In this document: one piece after another, positions 7,592 to 12,026 of the stretch | How the letters are laid out: every line of letters begins with the position of its first letter | Position numbering within the stretch: position 1 is the first letter of the stretch | Source: Deinococcales bacterium | Lineage (GTDB): Bacteria; Deinococcota; Deinococci; Deinococcales; JAAFIG01 | Assembly (NCBI GenBank): GCA_031414595.1 | Contig: JANNVX010000003.1 | Location: forward strand, 1 to 12,026 | DNA: 12,026 bases | Direction: 5' to 3' | Translations under genes and position numbers: made by a program | The notes under the pieces: model-generated | Database searches by the model: none | Seen by the model: only the letters and a program-made list of their open reading frames with translations | Told to the model about the DNA's origin: nothing

Positions 7592-8479
7592 ATGCCTCGA
7601 GTTCTTTTTGTGTTGTTGCTGTTGGTTTCGTGTGTGCCTCCTGCGGCGCTGCCACGCACTGAGGTAGGCAGCGCCTTGTATATCCTCTCTAACCTAAACG
7701 GCTTAGAAGGGGCGCAACGGCTCGAGGGCATTGCGTATGGCAATCATCCACGCCAAAAGCTGGATGTGTACTTGCCGACGGGTTCTCGAGCCAAATCTAA
7801 GGGGCTTGTGGTTTTTGGCTACGGTGGTGGCTATAGAGACGGCAACCGTGACGAGTACCGTTTTATCGGACAAGTCTTTGCCAGTCTGGGCTTGGTGACG
7901 GTTATTTATGATTACCGCTTATACCCCGAAGTGCGTTTCCCGACCTATCTCGAGGATGCGGCTTTGGCGGTGCGTTGGGTTTTTGAAAACGCCGCCAAGT
8001 ACGGCGCAGACAAGTACGCCATGATTCTGGCGGGTCACAGTGCTGGGGCGCATATTGCAGCACTGCTTGCTACCAATCCAGTGCATCTCGAGATGGTCGG
8101 TTTGCAACCACGGATTTTTAGTTTGGTGCTTTGCTTAGGCGGTGGTTATGATTTTTGGGATGCCCAAACTGGTTTTATTTCCCCAGATATTGCCGAGGTC
8201 ATGCAGGGCGCTGACCCCAAAGCCACCCAGCCGCTTGAGTTTTTAAGTGCTTTTGTGCCGCCGATGCTCTTGATGCACGGCACTGCTGACCAAGTGCTAC
8301 CCATACAGCAAGCCCGAACTTTTGCGACTCGAGCCAAGGCGATTGGCGCAGACGTGACCCTGCTCGAGTACAGCACAGACCATGCCAGTACGGTGATTGA
8401 CTTGTCTTTACCGTTGCGTTTTCGTTCCAAGCAATATGACGATTTGGTGGGGCAGTTAAAAGCCCGTGGTTTTCTTTAA
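7592..8479 (+). CDS. Alpha/beta hydrolase (HSL-like carboxylesterase), probable lipoprotein
   Basis: Lipobox-like LLVSC, YGGG oxyanion motif, GHSAG nucleophile elbow, HGTAD acid and a C-terminal DH His. Confidence 0.9.
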   Translation: MPRVLFVLLLLVSCVPPAALPRTEVGSALYILSNLNGLEGAQRLEGIAYGNHPRQKLDVYLPTGSRAKSKGLVVFGYGGGYRDGNRDEYRFIGQVFASLGLVTVIYDYRLYPEVRFPTYLEDAALAVRWVFENAAKYGADKYAMILAGHSAGAHIAALLATNPVHLEMVGLQPRIFSLVLCLGGGYDFWDAQTGFISPDIAEVMQGADPKATQPLEFLSAFVPPMLLMHGTADQVLPIQQARTFATRAKAIGADVTLLEYSTDHASTVIDLSLPLRFRSKQYDDLVGQLKARGFL

Positions 8480-8486
8480 GCCCAGC

Positions 8487-9305
8487 TTAATCTGCTAGCA
8501 AGGCTCGTAAAAACTTGACACTCTGACGCACGCCATCAATACCGTCGCTAATCTCGAGGTTGATTGTGCCAGAAAAACCCCGCAACCAATCGCGTAATTC
8601 CAGCCACGGAACACCATCCACGCTGCCCAGAGTATGGTGATGGTCGCCTGTACCATCGTTGTCTTGAAGGTGCAAATGAATGGTGTTGCTTAAGTCGTTG
8701 ACATACTCGAGAAGTTGTATTCTTCCTTGCTCGAGACCACCCGTGCCAGTGCCATCTTTAAGGGCGGTGCTGCAACCCTCGACCAGTGCATGTCCAACAT
8801 CTATACAGTTGCCCCAGCCAATACTTTTGGTTAGCGCTTCGAGTTCGTTTGCACCGCGTAATAAATCGTATTCGCTAAGTGCCAAATTCTCTAAGGCAAT
8901 CGGCACAAGCGGCGTGATTTCAGCTAAGCTCTGCTCGAGTTTGGCTTTGGCAAAAGGCAGCAGCATCTCATGGCGCATTGGGATTAAACCACTGTGCAGC
9001 ACTGCACAAATCGCACTCACTTCGGCAGCATACTCGAGTCCACGGTTGGTGCGGGCAACACTATTTTCACGCACCCCCGGAAAAAGCGAAGCCAGATTTA
9101 AGTCAACATAACTTAAGTGAACCGTCACACCAATTCCTGTGGCTCGGGTTAATTGACGCACCAGTTTAATATCTTGTGCGGTTGGCAAGACCTCATGCAC
9201 ATCAAATGCCAATTCAATAAAATTTAATTCTAGTTCAAAAGCCAGTCTAAAGGCTTCGGAAACATCTAAAATCATCGCATTTAAGGGCGTAAAACCAAGC
9301 TGCAT
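8487..9305 (-). CDS. Sugar phosphate isomerase/epimerase family (xylose isomerase-like TIM barrel)
   Basis: TVHLSYVDLNLAS, VLHSG, IALEN, CIDVGHA, HLHLQDNDGTGDHH and NLEI metal-binding motifs. TAATG overlap with the upstream SBP gene. Confidence 0.88.
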   Translation of the reverse strand: MQLGFTPLNAMILDVSEAFRLAFELELNFIELAFDVHEVLPTAQDIKLVRQLTRATGIGVTVHLSYVDLNLASLFPGVRENSVARTNRGLEYAAEVSAICAVLHSGLIPMRHEMLLPFAKAKLEQSLAEITPLVPIALENLALSEYDLLRGANELEALTKSIGWGNCIDVGHALVEGCSTALKDGTGTGGLEQGRIQLLEYVNDLSNTIHLHLQDNDGTGDHHHTLGSVDGVPWLELRDWLRGFSGTINLEISDGIDGVRQSVKFLRALLAD

Positions 9306-10525
9306 TATTTAACCGCCAAAGCACGGCGCTGGGCTTCCTCGAGTGCGGACTTAACCTCTGTGCCAGCTTTTAGAATGCGTTCTAATGCCTCCTCGAGAAT
9401 CACTTTTTGGGCGGCGTATTGCGGGGTACGTGGGCGCGGGATGGCTTCGTCAAATTGCTCGAATGCCACTTTGCGGTATGGGTTTTCTTTGTACCAATCT
9501 ACCAGTAACGGTAGAACACTGCGGCGCACTGGCACATAATAGCCCGCTTTTGTCCAACGCACAATGTTCTCGGGCTTCATTAAAAACTGCCAAAAAGCCC
9601 ATGCTCCAGCCCGTTCTTCGGGTGTGGCATCCTTTAGCACCACCAACTGCGCCCCACCAAAAGGCACAACCCGTTTAGATACAATCGGCATTGGGGTTGC
9701 CCCCAATTCAAAAGCCACACTGTAAGGTAAAATATCGGGCCAATTGGCAATACTAGCAATTGCCATGTGTGCTTTGGTTCGCACAAAGTCCAGAATCGCA
9801 AATTGTGCCTCGCCAAGCGAACGCGGAATGGCAGCGCCTTGTTTGACCAAATCTTGTAAAAATTGCGCCGCCTCGAGAACTTCTTTGCTGTTCAAGTTTG
9901 GCTGTCCGTTGGGCAAGACCACATTGCCACCACGGGTTAAAACCATCTGCTCGAACTGCCAAGAATCGGCAATCGCAATAAAACCCTTGCCCGTGCGGTT
10001 GGTCAGGGTTTTGGCGAGGATTGCAAATTCTGCCCATGTGTTCGGCGGGCGCAAGCCCTTAGATTTTAAGAGCGAAGCATTGTAAAAAAGCACTGGTGTA
10101 CTCGAGTTCCACGGTAAACCGTAACGCTTGCCTTCATAGATGCCGTAATTCCAAACGGCTGGAAAGAAATCTTTTTCTATGGCTGGTTCGAGATTCTTTT
10201 CAAAACTGCTAAGGTCTGCCAGCACACCATCCTCGGCAAGTTTAGGAAAAAAACCAATTTCGGCTTGGTAAATGGTTGGTGCAGTATTGGCACGCAACGC
10301 CGCCACCAATTTTGTGGCACTCTGGGTGTACGAACCGACCTCTTGGGCATCGAGTTGATATAAGGCTTGTGAAGCGTTAAATTCTTTGGCAAAATCCTCC
10401 ACGGTTTTATCCGCTCCTGCCATCGAATGCCAGAACACCACTTTGGTAGGATTGCGTTGGGCTTGAGCCGCCAATAGTGCAGCCCCAATAATTCCAGCCA
10501 TCACAAGAATAATTCTTCGTTTCAT
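9305..10525 (-). CDS. ABC transporter substrate-binding protein (UgpB/sugar-binding family 1)
   Basis: Signal peptide, VVFWHSM, YGLPWNSSTPVLFYN, AWAFWQFL and GYYVPVRRS motifs. GGAGG RBS upstream. Confidence 0.92.
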   Translation of the reverse strand: MKRRIILVMAGIIGAALLAAQAQRNPTKVVFWHSMAGADKTVEDFAKEFNASQALYQLDAQEVGSYTQSATKLVAALRANTAPTIYQAEIGFFPKLAEDGVLADLSSFEKNLEPAIEKDFFPAVWNYGIYEGKRYGLPWNSSTPVLFYNASLLKSKGLRPPNTWAEFAILAKTLTNRTGKGFIAIADSWQFEQMVLTRGGNVVLPNGQPNLNSKEVLEAAQFLQDLVKQGAAIPRSLGEAQFAILDFVRTKAHMAIASIANWPDILPYSVAFELGATPMPIVSKRVVPFGGAQLVVLKDATPEERAGAWAFWQFLMKPENIVRWTKAGYYVPVRRSVLPLLVDWYKENPYRKVAFEQFDEAIPRPRTPQYAAQKVILEEALERILKAGTEVKSALEEAQRRALAVK

Positions 10526-10554
10526 CGTAAAACCTCCGTTTTTGAATACTAAGA

Positions 10555-10593
10555 TTCTACTGTGAACTCAGTATCAGGTTCTACTGTGAACTC
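10555..10593. repeat. Perfect 15-bp direct repeat TTCTACTGTGAACTC (x2, 24-bp period) in the divergent intergenic region
   Basis: Copies at 10555-10569 and 10579-10593. The first overlaps a minus-strand TAGAAT -10 candidate (10554-10559). Confidence 0.8.
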
Positions 10594-10642
10594 GAGAAGC
10601 CCTATCTGCCATTTTGCCAGTGGCACTAAGCACTTAGAAGCA

Positions 10643-10683
10643 TTGCATCAACTCGAGCATAAGGGCTAGAGTTGATTTAGGAG
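10643..10683 (+). promoter_or_regulatory. Candidate sigma70 promoter overlapped by an inverted repeat, followed by an RBS
   Basis: TTGCAT (10643-48), N18, TAGAGT (10667-72). Inverted repeat ATCAACTC (10647-54)/GAGTTGAT (10669-76). AGGAG at 10679-83. Confidence 0.5.
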
Positions 10684-10692
10684 AAAATCATC

Positions 10693-11424
10693 ATGGCAAA
10701 ACTCAATCAAATTATCGCTGTCGAAAAAGGTGTTAAAAGCCGCTCTTTCCAAGAACTGACCGAGGCGCACCATGCCTTACAAAAACCAACCTTGCTTTCG
10801 GGAATCTCGAGAACCTACCGCCCCAAAGACGAAGAAGGCGAAACCCTGCCACCAGAAAGCACCAAAGTCCAAGTCAAATCCGAAGAGGTACTGCGTCAAA
10901 CGGCTGGAATCCTGACCCGCTTATTTGATGTGACCGCCAGTAAAGACTGGGCAAACTGCGTTGCCAAAGCCAATGTGGTAGTTGAAGGACGCACCATCCT
11001 GTCCGATGTGCCAATCACCTATTTGCTATTTCTCGAGAAACAATTAACCGATATTCACACCTTTGTTAAAAAGTTGCCTGTCCTAGATGCCTCAGAAAGC
11101 TGGGTTTTTGATGCCTCTGCCGACTGCTGGGCGACCGAACCCGTGCAAACCCTGCGAACCAAGAAAATCCCACGCAACCACGTCAAAGCCGAAGCCACCG
11201 ATAAGCACCCCGCTCAAGTCGAAGTCTATTACGAAGATGTGACTGTCGGATTCTGGCGTACCCTAAAGTTTTCAGGCGCAATGCCAGCCAGACGGGTCAA
11301 TGAATTACTCGAGCGGGTCGAAAAACTCCAAGCGGCGGTCAAATTTGCTCGAGAAGAAGCCAATGCTGCCGAGGCGACTGAACAAAAAATCGGTGAGCGT
11401 TTCTTTGAATATCTGCTGGGCTAA
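10693..11424 (+). CDS. Conserved-looking protein of unknown function (243 aa; helical termini, central beta-rich part); candidate partner of the downstream structured RNA
   Basis: Strong RBS, long clean ORF, native CTCGAG usage. Motifs MAKLNQIIAVEKG, LLSGISRTYRPKDEEGE.LPPE, VPITYLLFLEKQL and AVKFAREEAN resemble an uncharacterised bacterial/phage family (recalled from memory as DUF7873-like; unverified). Confidence 0.88.
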   Translation: MAKLNQIIAVEKGVKSRSFQELTEAHHALQKPTLLSGISRTYRPKDEEGETLPPESTKVQVKSEEVLRQTAGILTRLFDVTASKDWANCVAKANVVVEGRTILSDVPITYLLFLEKQLTDIHTFVKKLPVLDASESWVFDASADCWATEPVQTLRTKKIPRNHVKAEATDKHPAQVEVYYEDVTVGFWRTLKFSGAMPARRVNELLERVEKLQAAVKFAREEANAAEATEQKIGERFFEYLLG

Positions 11425-11526
11425 GCCAAAACGCGAGTTGTCTTCGGCTCGCATAGCTTGGTAAGCTGTTCGGGAAGTGCAAGCTCAAGAAATGAAGCTG
11501 AAGCTCAAAGCTGGAATGGTAAAAGT

Positions 11527-11583
11527 GCAGGTTCGAGTCCTGCGACCGCCAAAAACGGCGGGATAGCCCAAATGGTAGAGGCA
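11527..11583 (+). ncRNA. Permuted tRNA-like module 1
   Basis: T arm GCAGG-TTCGAGT-CCTGC; acceptor-like hairpin CCGCC-AAAAAC-GGCGG; TA; D arm GCC-CAAATGGTAGA-GGC. No anticodon loop. Confidence 0.8.
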
Positions 11584-11667
11584 GCCGACCACAAAACGAA
11601 TTTTAGATTATCACTTCAAGCTAACGCATTCACTGCCGAACACCAAGTCAAACGCTCAAAGTCGGCA

Positions 11668-11741
11668 ATCGTTGGATACTGGTTCAATCCCGGTCCGCTG
11701 CTCCAAATAAATGCAGTGGTAGTTTAATGGCAGAACACGAT
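11668..11741 (+). ncRNA. Permuted tRNA-like module 2
   Basis: T arm ACTGG-TTCAATC-CCGGT; 7-bp acceptor stem CCGCTGC/GCAGTGG closed by loop TCCAAATAAAT; TA; D arm GTTT-AATGGCA-GAAC; closing helix ATCG (11668-71)/CGAT (11738-41). Confidence 0.8.
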
Positions 11742-11800
11742 GATCTTAGAATGAACTTGGGGCTTAAACGTATTGGTGTGTGCAAATGGGCAGTAAACTT

Positions 11801-11842
11801 GAGCCGTGGAGATGGATACTCTCCACGGCTCTCCCTTTTTTT
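11801..11842 (+). terminator. Rho-independent terminator
   Basis: 12-bp perfect stem GAGCCGTGGAGA/TCTCCACGGCTC with a 7-nt loop, followed by TCCC and a T7 tract. Confidence 0.85.
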
Positions 11843-11886
11843 GCATACTCGAGATAGAACAAGCCCAGATTCAAGTTGTAGCGGTC

Positions 11887-12026
11887 TGAATTGTCAAGAA
11901 GTCGTGGACATGAAGGTCGGTACTTGAGCCTTACACCAGTTTTCCTCGAACTCAGCAGGTGATTTATAGCCAATTGTGGAGTGTAGCCGTTTCCGATTAT
12001 AGAACACTTCAATCCACTCGAACACC
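11887..12026 (-). mobile_element. Right end of an IS3-family insertion sequence
   Basis: Terminal sequence TGAATTGTCAAGAAGTCGTGGACA (11887-11910) has the 5'-TG start and GGACA typical of IS3-family inverted repeats. The transposase stop lies inside it. Confidence 0.88.
11894..12025 (-). CDS. IS3-family transposase OrfB C-terminus (partial, runs off the window)
   Basis: Manual translation (not in the ORF track): [43 protein letters not shown], containing the YN..R.HS.IGY.SP..FE integrase-core signature. Confidence 0.92.
   Translation of the reverse strand: MFEWIEVFYNRKRLHSTIGYKSPAEFEENWCKAQVPTFMSTTS

Larger units (their letters stand above)
11425..11842 (+). ncRNA. Putative ~400-nt structured RNA (or two tandem Y-RNA-like RNAs) with two circularly permuted tRNA-like domains
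   Basis: Two T-arm -> acceptor hairpin -> D-arm modules (11527-11583 and 11678-11737), each enclosed by longer-range stems; 5' hairpins at 11433-11452 and 11453-11469; strong terminator at the 3' end. Confidence 0.75.

Noticed and set aside
10555-10593. CRISPR array
   Set aside because: Only two 15-bp copies with a 9-bp spacer, and no cas genes.
10621-10646. Sigma54 promoter (TGGCAC...TTGC)
   Set aside because: TGGCAC at 10621 is not followed by TTGC at the required 5-nt spacing.
11635-11642. Canonical bacterial Ro60-binding motif (GNCGAAN0-1G)
   Set aside because: GCCGAACA is only a partial match lacking the final G, and no Ro60 gene is visible, so the RNA is not called a bona fide Y RNA.
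11527-11741. Genuine tRNA genes
   Set aside because: T arms precede D arms within each acceptor-paired unit and there is no 7-nt anticodon loop. These are mimics, not decoding tRNAs.
11425-11842. tmRNA or permuted tmRNA
   Set aside because: Both modules have paired D stems, the acceptor sequences are not the alanine-type GGGG/TCCACCA, and no tag reading frame ending in ALAA-like residues was seen.
11458-11927. ORFs 11458..11727 and 11727..11927 (+)
   Set aside because: No clear RBS and no protein-like motifs. They run across tRNA-like stems, the terminator and the IS end.
11764-12012. 82-aa minus-strand ORF
   Set aside because: Wrong frame of the IS3 transposase tail; the real frame is 12025->11894.

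Overview
Bacterial chromosomal window, probably Deinococcota: the LepB is Deinococcus-like, several genes have leaderless-type -10 boxes, and CTCGAG is heavily over-represented (about 68 copies by hand count). Left to right it holds: the 3' end of an IS5/ISL2-like element inserted into an FtsK/EccC-like (type VII secretion-like) ATPase gene; a small WXG100-like gene; a putative outer-membrane beta-barrel; a YdcF/DUF218 gene; a toxin-first RelE/Phd pair; pth-yceH-crcB; lepB preceded by a secreted small ORF ending in APP; a lipoprotein esterase; a sugar-phosphate isomerase-like gene; and an ABC solute-binding protein. The most striking element is at 10693-11842. A 243-aa protein of unknown function is followed by a ~400-nt terminator-bounded non-coding region containing two tandem circularly permuted tRNA-like modules (Y-RNA/YrlA-like) and periodic AAGCT motifs, with no Ro60 gene in the window. 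The window ends in the 3' end of an IS3-family element. All family assignments are from motif recognition by eye; no searches were run.
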